DNA of 31,612 bases from Kingella pumchi (GCF_022288825.1 NZ_JAKOOW010000037.1:1-31612); one strand, 5' to 3'; shown: positions 9,036-18,686, numbered from the stretch's first letter. The notes: generated by a model from the letters alone, not told the origin. Numbers and translations: made by a program.

Positions 9036-9410
9036 CTACATCTGAAAAGCCGTTATCCAAAAACATATTCCGGCTATAAGTGAAAGCGGAGTCATAACAT
9101 ATTTTTCTTTCCTACTTTTTGAAATCATGTTCATAATAGTATTCAAAGTTAGGTAAGCGGCAAAGAAGAAACAAATATATTTAGTAACCTTAAAAGAAAA
9201 CCACAAGGAAATAAAACCTCCGGCTTGCAAAATAATTATCATTGCAAAAATTTGGATAGCCACCGAAATGACTGCCACAATCCTAAATTTCTTAGGTAAA
9301 ATTTTATGTTGTCCACCCATTGTAAATTCGCCCAAAGGCAAACCGCAAGCAACAAGCACAGTCATAGTTGCTATTATTCCAAATAATACTGCACCTAATA
9401 TTGAAAACAT
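9036..9410 (-). CDS. Hypothetical small integral membrane protein (about 4 predicted TM segments), AT-rich orphan
   Basis: 124-aa ORF with four hydrophobic stretches (GAVLFGIIATMTVLVACGL, IVAVISVAIQIFAMIIILQAGG, ICFFFAAYLTLNTIMNMI, LSLIAGICFWITAF). I recognise no family. A sample line is about 28% GC against 65-70% in the flanks. Confidence 0.55.
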   Translation of the reverse strand: MFSILGAVLFGIIATMTVLVACGLPLGEFTMGGQHKILPKKFRIVAVISVAIQIFAMIIILQAGGFISLWFSFKVTKYICFFFAAYLTLNTIMNMISKSRKEKYVMTPLSLIAGICFWITAFQM

Positions 9411-9466
9411 AAATCAATATCCTACCTTCGCAAAATACAAACGATTTCAATGAGCCGCAGCCTGCA

Positions 9467-10740
<1,274 letters not shown>

Positions 10741-10898
10741 TATATTTTGCCCTTTATTCCGCAAACGTTTTGCCACGAAACACGCGCACCGCATTGCCGC
10801 GTTCCAAACGGTAGAGCTGCGCGTGTGCGTCTGCGGCGTGTTGGTCCAGCCGTTCTGCGTGCTGTGCGGCGAGTTTCACCGCCAAAAGTTCCAGTACT

Positions 10899-10967
10899 GT
10901 AGGTTGGGTCAAGACCCAACAAAGCCTTGAAATCATCGGAAACGTTGGGTTTGGCAACCCAACCTAC
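10899..10967. repeat. REP-like composite palindrome
   Basis: Outer GTAGGTTGGGT (10899-10909) pairs with ACCCAACCTAC (10957-10967). Inner hairpins are TTGGGTC-AA-GACCCAA (10904-10919) and GTTGGGT-TTGGCA-ACCCAAC (10944-10963). Same architecture as 3368-3425. Confidence 0.7.
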
Positions 10968-11000
10968 AAGACTGCCTCCAAACAAATAAAAGGAAACACC

Positions 11001-11705
11001 ATGCACCCCATCGCCCAAATCCGACAAATCCGCATCGGGCAGCCTGAAAACTTTGCCCGCAACCAACAAAGCGCGATTAACAAGCAGCCTGTCAGCGGCA
11101 AAACCGCCGTTACGCCCAGCGGTTTGGCGGGCGACGGCGTGGGCGATCCGCGTTTTCACGGCGGTGCGGACAAGGCGGTGCACGTTTATGCGCTGCACCA
11201 TTACGACACTTGGCGGCGCGAGCTACCTGCGGCGCAAAATATGCACGCAGGCGGCTTTGGCGAGAATTTTTGTCTGGATGGCGCGGACGAGCACTCGGTG
11301 TGCATCGGCGACGAGTGGCAGATCGGTTCGGCGCGTTTTGCCGTAAGCCAGGGGCGGCAGCCGTGTTGGAAGCTGAACGAGCGGTTCGGCGTGGCAGATA
11401 TGTCGCTGCGCGTGCAGCAGAGTTTGCGCTGCGGCTGGTATCTGCGCGTGTTGGCGGCGGGCGAAGTGGCGGCAGGCGATGAAGTGTTTTTGCTCTCGCG
11501 ACCGTTTCCCGAATGGTCGGTGGCGCGGGTGCTGGCGCTGATTGACAGCCGCTGTTGCGATGCGGAAACGATGCGGGCGGTGCTGCAACTGCCTTTGCCC
11601 GAGAGTTGGGCGCGCTTGTTTTCGCGGCGGCTGGAAACGGGGGAATGCGAAGATTGGCAGCTGCGTTTGTTCGGCGCCGACGGTGATGGCAAAAAGGCAG
11701 CCTGA
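11001..11705 (+). CDS. MOSC domain-containing protein (YiiM-like)
   Basis: 234 aa. GDGVGDPRFHGGADKAVH, GGFGENF and RQPCWKLNERFG match the YiiM/MOSC pattern. AAGGA SD. The stop codon lies inside a DUS. Confidence 0.8.
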   Translation: MHPIAQIRQIRIGQPENFARNQQSAINKQPVSGKTAVTPSGLAGDGVGDPRFHGGADKAVHVYALHHYDTWRRELPAAQNMHAGGFGENFCLDGADEHSVCIGDEWQIGSARFAVSQGRQPCWKLNERFGVADMSLRVQQSLRCGWYLRVLAAGEVAAGDEVFLLSRPFPEWSVARVLALIDSRCCDAETMRAVLQLPLPESWARLFSRRLETGECEDWQLRLFGADGDGKKAA

Positions 11706-11726
11706 AAACTTTTCAGGCTGCCTTTT
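11691..11726. terminator. Bidirectional DUS-pair terminator between convergent MOSC and acyltransferase genes
   Basis: AAAAAGGCAGCCTGAAAAC TTTTCAGGCTGCCTTTT is a near-perfect palindrome with an A-run on one side and a T-run on the other. Confidence 0.75.
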
Positions 11727-11748
11727 ATTGCCGGTGTGAGCTGGGGAA

Positions 11749-12495
11749 CTAGCCCAATTCGCGCTGCCGCCGGCTGAGCAGCTCGTGCACCTGCTGGGCG
11801 GCGGCGGCGCGGTCAGCGGGCGGGGTAATCGGGTCGAGAAAATGCAGCTCGACCTTGCTGCGCGGCTGGCTGATAACCATGCGGATGGACTGCCACAGGC
11901 TGATGTCGCCGTAGTAGGCGGTGTGGGGGTTGGGGCTGCTGCCGTCGGCATTGGGGTAGCGGCATAACGCGGGCACAATCGGCACGCCGGCCAGGTGGGC
12001 GGTTTGGAAAAAGCTGGGTTTGAAGGGCAGGATGGCGCGGCCTTCGCTGCTGGTGCCTTCGGGGAAAATGGTTACGGTGTCGCCGTTTTTCAGGGCTTCG
12101 GTTACGGTGTCGATTTTGGTGGTATTGCCTTTGGTGCCTTTGTTGCGGGTTACGTAAACGGTTTGCGCCTGGGTGGCGAGATAGCCGACCACCGGCCATT
12201 TGGCAACGTCGTCTTTGGCAACGAAGCGGCCGGGGAAGGCGCCGTTCACCGCCATAATGTCGAGCCAGGAGATGTGGTTGCTGATAATCAGCTGGCCGTG
12301 GCCGGTGGCGGGCAGGCTGCCGAACACTTCGAGCTTCATGCCGCAGGAAGCGAGCACGCGCAGCGACCACAGCTGGATGGCGCGCAGCTTGCGCCGTTTG
12401 CTGTAAAAGGGAAACAGGAAAAACATCTCGGCCATGCCGTAAAGCAGGCAGACGGCAATGCAGCACAGGCGGAAGGCGAAGCGGATTTTGGCCAT
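11749..12495 (-). CDS. Lysophospholipid (1-acyl-sn-glycerol-3-phosphate-type) acyltransferase, OlsA-like
   Basis: 248 aa. N-terminal TM segment, NHISWLD (HX4D) and FPEGTSS motifs of the PlsC/LPLAT family. Lies immediately downstream of an OlsB-like gene. Confidence 0.8.
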   Translation of the reverse strand: MAKIRFAFRLCCIAVCLLYGMAEMFFLFPFYSKRRKLRAIQLWSLRVLASCGMKLEVFGSLPATGHGQLIISNHISWLDIMAVNGAFPGRFVAKDDVAKWPVVGYLATQAQTVYVTRNKGTKGNTTKIDTVTEALKNGDTVTIFPEGTSSEGRAILPFKPSFFQTAHLAGVPIVPALCRYPNADGSSPNPHTAYYGDISLWQSIRMVISQPRSKVELHFLDPITPPADRAAAAQQVHELLSRRQRELG

Positions 12496-12539
12496 AAAGA
12501 GAACGGAAAATACGGGGGAAAAGATAAGGCGGGCAGGCT

Positions 12540-12594
12540 TTCAGGCTGCCTGAAAACGGCACAAAGCAGCCTGAAAAAGGTTTTCAGGCTGCTT
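12540..12594. repeat. Three DUS between the two acyltransferase genes
   Basis: 12540-12554 (palindromic TTCAGGCTGCCTGAA), 12564-12575(+ AAGCAGCCTGAA), 12583-12594(-). The last two form a tight hairpin. Confidence 0.85.
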
Positions 12595-12603
12595 TTTTAG
12601 GAT

Positions 12604-13353
12604 TTAGGGTTTGGGGGCGAACTTCTGCAGGTAGCGGTCGCTCAGCTGGGTGATGTCCATCATAATCAGCACGTCGGCGCAGTTGAAGGCTTCATCCACG
12701 CAGGGCTCGCCGCAAAACCAGGCGCCGGCTTTGAGATAGCCCTTAATCAGCGGTGGGACTTCCGGTTTTTCCGACGGCGTGATCTGCGCCCATTTGAGCG
12801 GGTTGAGCGGGCGCACGCACCATTGCTCGGGCGCCAGGTAGCGACCTTTGAGCTGGTGATAGAGCGCCGCCGCATCGCTGCCGCCGTCGCGCATTTCGAT
12901 GCTGCCGCAGCCGATCATAAAGCGCAGGTTTTCGTCTTTCATAAACTTCACCAGCCCCGTCCACAGCAGCATAATCAGCGCGCCGTTGCGGTAGTCGGGA
13001 TGGGTGCAGGCGCGGCCGAGTTCGACGGTTTGCGGCAGGATGTCTTTCAGTGGCGAGAGATCGAATTCGTGCTCGCTGTACCAGCCGCCGACTTTTTTTG
13101 CCGCTTCTTCGGTAATCAGGCGGTAGCAGCCGATTACTTCGCCGGTAGCTTCGTCAAAGGCCAGCAGGTGGTGGCAGTGTTCGTCGTAGGGGTCGATGTC
13201 GCGGCCGTTGTCGCTGTCGATTTCGGCGCCAAGCTCTTGGGCAAACACGCGGTAGCGCAGGCGCTGGGCGGCGGCGACTTCTTCGGCGGTCTCGGCCAGG
13301 CGTACGCTCAGGCCGATTTTGGGGCCGGTTTGGTTGAAACGGCTTTGGGACAT
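12604..13353 (-). CDS. GNAT-family N-acyltransferase of the 'putative hemolysin'/OlsB type
   Basis: 249 aa. LRYRVFAQELGA, VIGCYRL, ELGRACTHPDYR and GC-S pattern typical of ornithine-acyl-ACP N-acyltransferase-like proteins. AGGA SD 6 nt before the ATG. Confidence 0.75.
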   Translation of the reverse strand: MSQSRFNQTGPKIGLSVRLAETAEEVAAAQRLRYRVFAQELGAEIDSDNGRDIDPYDEHCHHLLAFDEATGEVIGCYRLITEEAAKKVGGWYSEHEFDLSPLKDILPQTVELGRACTHPDYRNGALIMLLWTGLVKFMKDENLRFMIGCGSIEMRDGGSDAAALYHQLKGRYLAPEQWCVRPLNPLKWAQITPSEKPEVPPLIKGYLKAGAWFCGEPCVDEAFNCADVLIMMDITQLSDRYLQKFAPKP

Positions 13354-13382
13354 GATGTTTCCTAGAACGGCAAAAGGCGGGG

Positions 13383-13410
13383 ATTATAACGGCGGCGGCA
13401 GGGCTTGCAA
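13383..13410 (-). promoter_or_regulatory. Putative sigma70 promoter for the olsB-like gene
   Basis: On the minus strand: TTGCAA (13405-13410), 16-nt spacer, TATAAT (13383-13388), about 30 nt upstream of the ATG at 13353. Confidence 0.4.
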
Positions 13411-13430
13411 ACCCGCCTTAAGGCAGCCTG

Positions 13431-13460
13431 AAAACGGCGGCGGCGCTTTTCAGGCTGCCT
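13431..13460 (-). terminator. DUS inverted-pair hairpin after the MFS gene
   Basis: AGGCAGCCTGAAAA / TTTTCAGGCTGCCT, 14-bp stem, 12-nt GC loop, 7 nt past the MFS stop. No clear T-run. Confidence 0.45.
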
Positions 13461-13466
13461 AATCTT

Positions 13467-14855
13467 TCAAGCAACCAGATTGCTGCCGTCGGCCGGTCTC
13501 AGGCGGGCGAACACGGCGGCAGACAACAAAGTCAGCACGCCGACGGCGGCAAAAGTGCAGCGGAAAGCGGCATGGACATCGCCGTCCAAGGGCGCCAGTG
13601 TGCTGAAATACTGTAGCAGCGACGCGCCGATGGCGGTGCCGAAACCAATGGCCAGCTGCTGGTTGACCGTCATCAGGCTGGCGCCGCTGCCGGCCTGTAC
13701 CGGCGCAAGGTCGGCCAGCGTCAGCGTGTTCATGGCGGTAAACTGGATCGAGTTGCTCAAGCCCAGCGCCAGCAGCAAAGGCAGCAGCAGCCACAACGGC
13801 GTGTGCGCATCCGGCAGCGCCAGCAGCATAATCAGCACGCCCAGCAATAAGGTGTTGGCGACCAGCACGCGGCGGTAGCCGAAGCGCAGCATCAGCGGCC
13901 GGATCGCCGGCTTGGCGGCAATCGACGCCAGCGCAATCGGCGCCAGCGCCCAGCCGGCGGCGGTAGCGCTGTAGGCAAACGCCACCTGCAGCAGCAGCGG
14001 CAGCAGAAAGGGCAGCGCGCTCACACCCAGCCGGCTGGCGAAATTGCCCGACAGGCCGATGCGGTAGGTGCGCACCCGCAAAAGCTGCGGGCTGTATAAG
14101 GGCTGCGCGGCGCGGGCGGCATGGCGCCAATAGGCGGCCGCCGCCAGCAGCGACAGCACCGCCAGCAGCGCGGCAAACGCACCGTAACGCGGAAAGTGCA
14201 TGATTTCCACCGCCACGCTCAAGCCCGCCGCCGCGCCGCCAAACAGCAAAAAACCCGCCAAATCGAAAGCCGGTATTGTTCCTTCGCCGCGAAAGTCCGG
14301 CATCACCGTGCGCGCCAGCCAGGCCGCCGCCAGCCCGAAGGGCACGTTAATCAGGAAAATCCAATGCCAGCCGGCATACTCGGCCAGATACGCGCCGAGC
14401 AGCGGCCCGACCACCGGCCCCAGCAGCGCCGGCATCACCACAAAATTCATCATCCCCAGCAGGCGGTTTTTGTCGTAGGCCTGCATCAGAATCTGGCGCG
14501 GCGCCGGCGCCAGCATCGCCCCACCGGCACCCTGAATCACCCGCGCCAGCACCAGCATCGGCAGGCTCGGCGCCAGCGCGCACAGCAGCGAACCGGCCAC
14601 AAACACCAGCATCGCCACGCTAAAAACCTGCCGCGTGCCGAAACGCTCGCTCAGATAGGCACTGGCCGGCATCAGCATCGCCAGCGTCAGCGCATAAGAC
14701 ACCACCGCCGACTGCATATTCAGCGGCGACTGGTGCAGATCGGCGGCAATCAGCGGCAGCGCGGTATTGAGCACCGTCGAATCGAGCATCTGCATAAACA
14801 CCGCCGCCGCCAGCAACAGCGGCAGCAGGCGGGAAGGTTCGGCAGTTTTTTCCAT
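13467..14855 (-). CDS. MFS transporter, DHA2 (EmrB/QacA-like, 14-TM) family
   Basis: 462 aa, hydrophobic throughout. The N-terminal LDSTVLNTALPLIAADL and SERFGTRQVF motifs are typical of the drug:H+ antiporter-2 family. Confidence 0.8.
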   Translation of the reverse strand: MEKTAEPSRLLPLLLAAAVFMQMLDSTVLNTALPLIAADLHQSPLNMQSAVVSYALTLAMLMPASAYLSERFGTRQVFSVAMLVFVAGSLLCALAPSLPMLVLARVIQGAGGAMLAPAPRQILMQAYDKNRLLGMMNFVVMPALLGPVVGPLLGAYLAEYAGWHWIFLINVPFGLAAAWLARTVMPDFRGEGTIPAFDLAGFLLFGGAAAGLSVAVEIMHFPRYGAFAALLAVLSLLAAAAYWRHAARAAQPLYSPQLLRVRTYRIGLSGNFASRLGVSALPFLLPLLLQVAFAYSATAAGWALAPIALASIAAKPAIRPLMLRFGYRRVLVANTLLLGVLIMLLALPDAHTPLWLLLPLLLALGLSNSIQFTAMNTLTLADLAPVQAGSGASLMTVNQQLAIGFGTAIGASLLQYFSTLAPLDGDVHAAFRCTFAAVGVLTLLSAAVFARLRPADGSNLVA

Positions 14856-14873
14856 GGTTTTCCATACTCCGCA

Positions 14874-15016
14874 AGGCAGCCTGAAAGCGGCAAAATCCCT
14901 TTTCAGGCTGCTTTTGGTTTCGGGGGGCTGTCGTTTGTTTTGAGTCCGGGACAGGACAAGGCAGCCTGAAAAAATCGGTTGGCGCTTTCAGGCTGCCTAA
15001 AGTTTTCAGGCTGCCC
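14874..15016. repeat. Array of five DUS (MFS-rapZ spacer)
   Basis: 14874-14885(+), 14902-14913(-), 14959-14970(+), 14987-14998(-), 15005-15016(-). Confidence 0.85.
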
Positions 15017-15062
15017 CGGCAAAACAACACCCGCAGGCATGGCGGCGTGCGGGCGGCGGGGC

Positions 15063-15905
15063 TTAAGCGTCGAGCTGGCGGTGGCGCAGCAGCACTTGGT
15101 AATCGGCCTGCAGGCTGCGAGCAAGTTCTTCGGCCAGATACACCGAGCGGTGTTTGCCGCCGGTGCAGCCGATGGCGATGGTTACGTAGCTGCGGCTTTC
15201 CTGCTGCAGTTTGGGCAGGCGGCGGCGGATAAAGGTTTCGATGTCGGCAAGCATTTCGCCGGCTTCGGGTTGGGCGGCGAGATAGCGGCGCACGTCTTCA
15301 TCGCGGCCGGTCTGCTCGCGCAGGCCGTCGATATAGTAGGGATTGGGCAGGCTGCGTACGTCGAAAACAAAATCAGCGTCGGTGGGGGCGCCGTATTTGA
15401 AGCCGAAAGACTGGATGCTGACCAGCAGGCCTTCGCGGTCGATCTGCAGCCATTGGCGCAGGCGGCTGCGCAGCTGGGAAGTGTTGCTGTGGCTGGTGTC
15501 GATGCAGTAGGCCGCTTCGCGCAGCGGCATCAGCCAGGCGCGTTCGTGTTCGAGCGCTTCGGTCAGGCCGGTGCCGTTGTGCGACAGCGGGTGGCTGCGG
15601 CGGGTTTCGGAAAAGCGGCGCAGCAGCACGGCTTGGTCGGCTTCGAGAAACAGGATGTCGAGCCGGTGGCCGGCTTGGCGCAGGGCGGCGATTTGCTCGT
15701 GGGCAGCCTGAAGCCTGAAACGGGAGCGGATGTCGATGCTGATGCCGAGTTTTTCGCTGCCGCCGCGCGCTTCGTGCAGGCGCACCAAGTCGGGCAAGAG
15801 TTCGAGCGGCAAATTATCGACGCAATAGAAGCCGGAGTCTTCCAACAGCTTCAGCGCCACGCTTTTGCCGGAGCCGGAAAGGCCGCTAATCAAGACTATC
15901 TTCAT
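15063..15905 (-). CDS. rapZ: RNase adapter protein RapZ (YhbJ)
   Basis: 280 aa. [16 protein letters not shown]-loop N-terminus, [10 protein letters not shown]-terminal motif. Confidence 0.9.
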   Translation of the reverse strand: MKIVLISGLSGSGKSVALKLLEDSGFYCVDNLPLELLPDLVRLHEARGGSEKLGISIDIRSRFRLQAAHEQIAALRQAGHRLDILFLEADQAVLLRRFSETRRSHPLSHNGTGLTEALEHERAWLMPLREAAYCIDTSHSNTSQLRSRLRQWLQIDREGLLVSIQSFGFKYGAPTDADFVFDVRSLPNPYYIDGLREQTGRDEDVRRYLAAQPEAGEMLADIETFIRRRLPKLQQESRSYVTIAIGCTGGKHRSVYLAEELARSLQADYQVLLRHRQLDA

Positions 15906-16857
15906 GTTCGCTGTCGTCCTTCATCATGGCCTGGTGACGTTCGAGAAATTCGCGGGTACTGTCTTTGCCGCGCAGCTGCAAGATGTAGTTGCGCACGGCG
16001 GCTTCGACCAGCACCGCCAGGTTGCGGCCGGCGGCCACCGGCAGGGTAACCGAACGGATGGCGACGTTCAGTATCGACTCGGTTTCGCTGCGGATGCTCA
16101 GGCGGTCGAGCTGCTTCATGTATTCGTCGTCGGCGGGAATCAGGTTGATGATGAGCTTGAGCTGCTTTTTCGGCCGGATGGAAGTTTCGCCGAAAATGTG
16201 GCGGACGTTGAGCACGCCCAGCCCGCGCACTTCGAGAAAGTCGCGCAGCATCGGCGGGCAGCGGCCTTCGAGCACTTCGGGCGCGGTGCGGTGCAATTCG
16301 ACGGCATCGTCGGCCACCAGGCTGTGGCCGCGCGAAATGAGTTCCAGCGCCAGCTCGCTTTTGCCCAGCCCGGACGAGCCGGTCAACAGCACGCCAACTT
16401 CAAACACGTCGAGAAACACGCCGTGTTTGACGGTGGATACCGCCAGCATTTTCTGCAGATAAATCCGCAGCACGTCCATCAGATAGGGGCTTTCGAGCTT
16501 GGAGGTCAGCAGCGGGACGTTGCGGGTGTGGCAGTAGTCGCGCAGGCTGGCGGGCACCGGCAGGTCGTTGGCCACGATCACCAGCGCCATCTCAAAATCG
16601 AAAAGCCCGTCCAATCCGGTTTGTGCGGACTGTTCGAGCTTGTTGAGATAGGCGACTTCGGCCACGCCGAGCACCTGCACTTGGTTGTGGTGGATGAAAT
16701 TGAGATGGCCGACCAGCGCCAGCACCGGACGGTCGGCGGCCACGCTGATGCGGTTGTCGCTGCCGGAATTGCCCGCCACCCAGGCCATCTGCAGCTTCTG
16801 CTGGTTGTCCTGATACAGGCGGCGCACGCTGACGCTGGGCACCTCAGTCTCCGGCAA
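15886..16857 (-). CDS. hprK: HPr kinase/phosphorylase
   Basis: 323 aa. [10 protein letters not shown]-loop, LVADD, and EVRGLG signature. Overlaps rapZ by 20 nt and ptsN by 14 nt. Confidence 0.9.
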   Translation of the reverse strand: MPETEVPSVSVRRLYQDNQQKLQMAWVAGNSGSDNRISVAADRPVLALVGHLNFIHHNQVQVLGVAEVAYLNKLEQSAQTGLDGLFDFEMALVIVANDLPVPASLRDYCHTRNVPLLTSKLESPYLMDVLRIYLQKMLAVSTVKHGVFLDVFEVGVLLTGSSGLGKSELALELISRGHSLVADDAVELHRTAPEVLEGRCPPMLRDFLEVRGLGVLNVRHIFGETSIRPKKQLKLIINLIPADDEYMKQLDRLSIRSETESILNVAIRSVTLPVAAGRNLAVLVEAAVRNYILQLRGKDSTREFLERHQAMMKDDSEHEDSLD

Positions 16858-17296
16858 GCAGGATGTCGAGCACCTGCTGCGGGGTTTTGCTGTGCATCAG
16901 CGCTTCACGCACGGTTTTTTCGTGGAAGCGGGCGGCCAGCTGCGAGAGCAGCTCCAGATATTCGCCGGCGGCATCCTGCGGCACCAGCAATACGAATACC
17001 AGCGACACCGGCTTGCCGTCGGGCGCGTCAAATTCGATCGGATCGGCGGTGCGCACAAAGGCGCCGACCGGTTGGGTAAAAGATTCGTCACGGCCGTGGG
17101 GAATGGCCACGCCCTGCCCCAAGCCGGTACTGCCGAGCTTTTCGCGGGCGAACAGGCAGTCGAACACCGCCGTATGCGGCAGGCCGCTGTTCGCTTCCAA
17201 AAGCTGGGAAACGGTTTCAAACAGCCGCTTTTTACTGCCGACCTCCATATCGAGCACGATATTGGACAGGGGCAGAATATTGGCGAGTAAAGTCAT
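16844..17296 (-). CDS. ptsN: PTS IIA-like nitrogen regulatory protein (EIIA-Ntr)
   Basis: 150 aa. [10 protein letters not shown] phosphorylation-site histidine motif. Context is with hprK and rapZ. Confidence 0.85.
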   Translation of the reverse strand: MTLLANILPLSNIVLDMEVGSKKRLFETVSQLLEANSGLPHTAVFDCLFAREKLGSTGLGQGVAIPHGRDESFTQPVGAFVRTADPIEFDAPDGKPVSLVFVLLVPQDAAGEYLELLSQLAARFHEKTVREALMHSKTPQQVLDILLAGD

Positions 17297-17329
17297 GTAT
17301 CAATGCTTGCTACAAATAAACAGGCGCGG

Positions 17330-17358
17330 ATTTTAACGCTTGTTTACATTTATCTCAA
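17330..17358 (-). promoter_or_regulatory. Putative sigma70 promoter for ptsN-hprK-rapZ
   Basis: On the minus strand: TTGAGA (17353-17358), 17-nt spacer, TAAAAT (17330-17335), about 35 nt upstream of the ptsN ATG. Confidence 0.4.
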
Positions 17359-17418
17359 TCAGCCGCCGCCGGATTTACACAGCCCGAAGGCACAAGTAGC
17401 GGCAGCGGCGGCAAACTT

Positions 17419-17454
17419 TTCAGGCTGCCTTGATGCTGTGTCAGGCAGCCTGAA
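17419..17454 (-). terminator. DUS inverted-pair hairpin after speB
   Basis: TTTTCAGGCTGCCT / AGGCAGCCTGAAAA, 14-bp stem, 12-nt loop, 20 nt past the speB stop. Weak T-run. Confidence 0.4.
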
Positions 17455-17473
17455 AAAACGCACGGTGTCGGGT

Positions 17474-18445
17474 TTACAGCTTGCCGGCCACTTTCTTATT
17501 GCGCATCAGGCACAGCATATCAGCGGCAACGTGGGCGGCGGCGATGGCGGTGATTTCGGCGCTGTCGTAGGCAGGGGCGACTTCAACCACGTCCATGCCG
17601 ACGATATTCAGATCGCCCAGCTGGCGGACAATGCCCAGCGCGGTGTGCGAACTCAAACCGCCGGGAACGGGGGTGCCGGTGCCGGGGGCGAAAGCGGGGT
17701 CGAGACAATCGATATCAAAAGTCAGATAAACCGGATTGTCGCCGACGATGTCGTAGATGCGGCGCACGGTGGCTTCGATGCCGTTTTCGTTGATCCACGG
17801 CGCAAACAGCATGTTCATGCCCATAAAATCGCTGTTCCAGGTGCGGATGCCGACTTGGGCGGATGTTTTCGGATCGATCAGGCCGTTTTTCACCGCTTTG
17901 TAGAACATGGTGCCGTGATTGAGCGAATCTTCTTCATCGTCCGGCCAAGTGTCGCAGTGGGCGTCAAAATGCAGCAGGCTCAGCGGTTTGCCGTATTTTT
18001 CCGCATGCGCCTGCAACAGCGGGTAGGTAATGTAGTGGTCGCCGCCGAAAGTGAGCATTTTGGCGCGGCTGTTGGTGATGATGTCCAGCGCGTGCTGTTT
18101 GATGCTTTCGCGGATGGTCCACGGACGGTGGGCGTCGAACCAGCAGTCGCCGTAGTCGATCACTGCCAGATCGTCGAAAGGATCGAAGCCCCACGGGAAA
18201 AGGTTGAGTTCGGCCAACTGCACGCTGGCGGCGCGGATGGCAGCGGGACCTAAGCGGGCGCCGGAGCGGAAGGTGGTCGCCAAATCCAGCGGCACGCCGG
18301 ACACCACCACGTCCACGCCTTCCAGATTGCGGGTGTAGCTGCGGCGCATAAACGACAGCGCGCCGGAATAAGTGTTTTCGATGATGCTGCCCATCACGCC
18401 CTGACGGCGGAAGGCACCGTCGCCGTAAATTTTTTCGTTGCTCAT
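17474..18445 (-). CDS. speB: Agmatinase / ureohydrolase family protein
   Basis: 323 aa from the ATG at 18445 (AGGAAG SD). Mn-binding motifs HFDAHCDTW, GGDHYITYP and DIDCLDPAFAPGTGTP. The track start at 18529 has no SD. Substrate (agmatine versus other guanidino compounds) is not decidable from the sequence. Confidence 0.8.
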   Translation of the reverse strand: MSNEKIYGDGAFRRQGVMGSIIENTYSGALSFMRRSYTRNLEGVDVVVSGVPLDLATTFRSGARLGPAAIRAASVQLAELNLFPWGFDPFDDLAVIDYGDCWFDAHRPWTIRESIKQHALDIITNSRAKMLTFGGDHYITYPLLQAHAEKYGKPLSLLHFDAHCDTWPDDEEDSLNHGTMFYKAVKNGLIDPKTSAQVGIRTWNSDFMGMNMLFAPWINENGIEATVRRIYDIVGDNPVYLTFDIDCLDPAFAPGTGTPVPGGLSSHTALGIVRQLGDLNIVGMDVVEVAPAYDSAEITAIAAAHVAADMLCLMRNKKVAGKL

Positions 18446-18636
18446 GTTTGTGCTTCCTGCGGCGGCTTGCCCGCCTGCTGTCTTTATAGGGTGAAAATGC
18501 CGGCGCATTTCATTTACAAACGCCCGCATAAAAAAGCGCGCGATTCTAACACTTTCCGCCAGCGCCGCAGACAGCCGACCGCACTTTTTACATTGGGAAA
18601 ATGCGTCAGATAGTTGCTTGTATTTGCACGGACTAC

Positions 18637-18678
18637 AGGCAGCCTGAAAAGGGATGCCGGCCTTTCAGGCTGCCTGAA
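18637..18678. repeat. DUS pair including a palindromic copy
   Basis: 18637-18648(+) and 18664-18678 (TTCAGGCTGCCTGAA). Confidence 0.85.
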
Positions 18679-18686
18679 AACATTGG

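Noticed and set aside
14979-17079. 356-aa and 404-aa plus-strand ORFs across the rapZ and hprK loci
   Set aside because: They are antisense to genes with unambiguous P-loop signatures. The products are low-complexity (A/G/V/Q/R-rich), and the starts lie inside DUS arrays.
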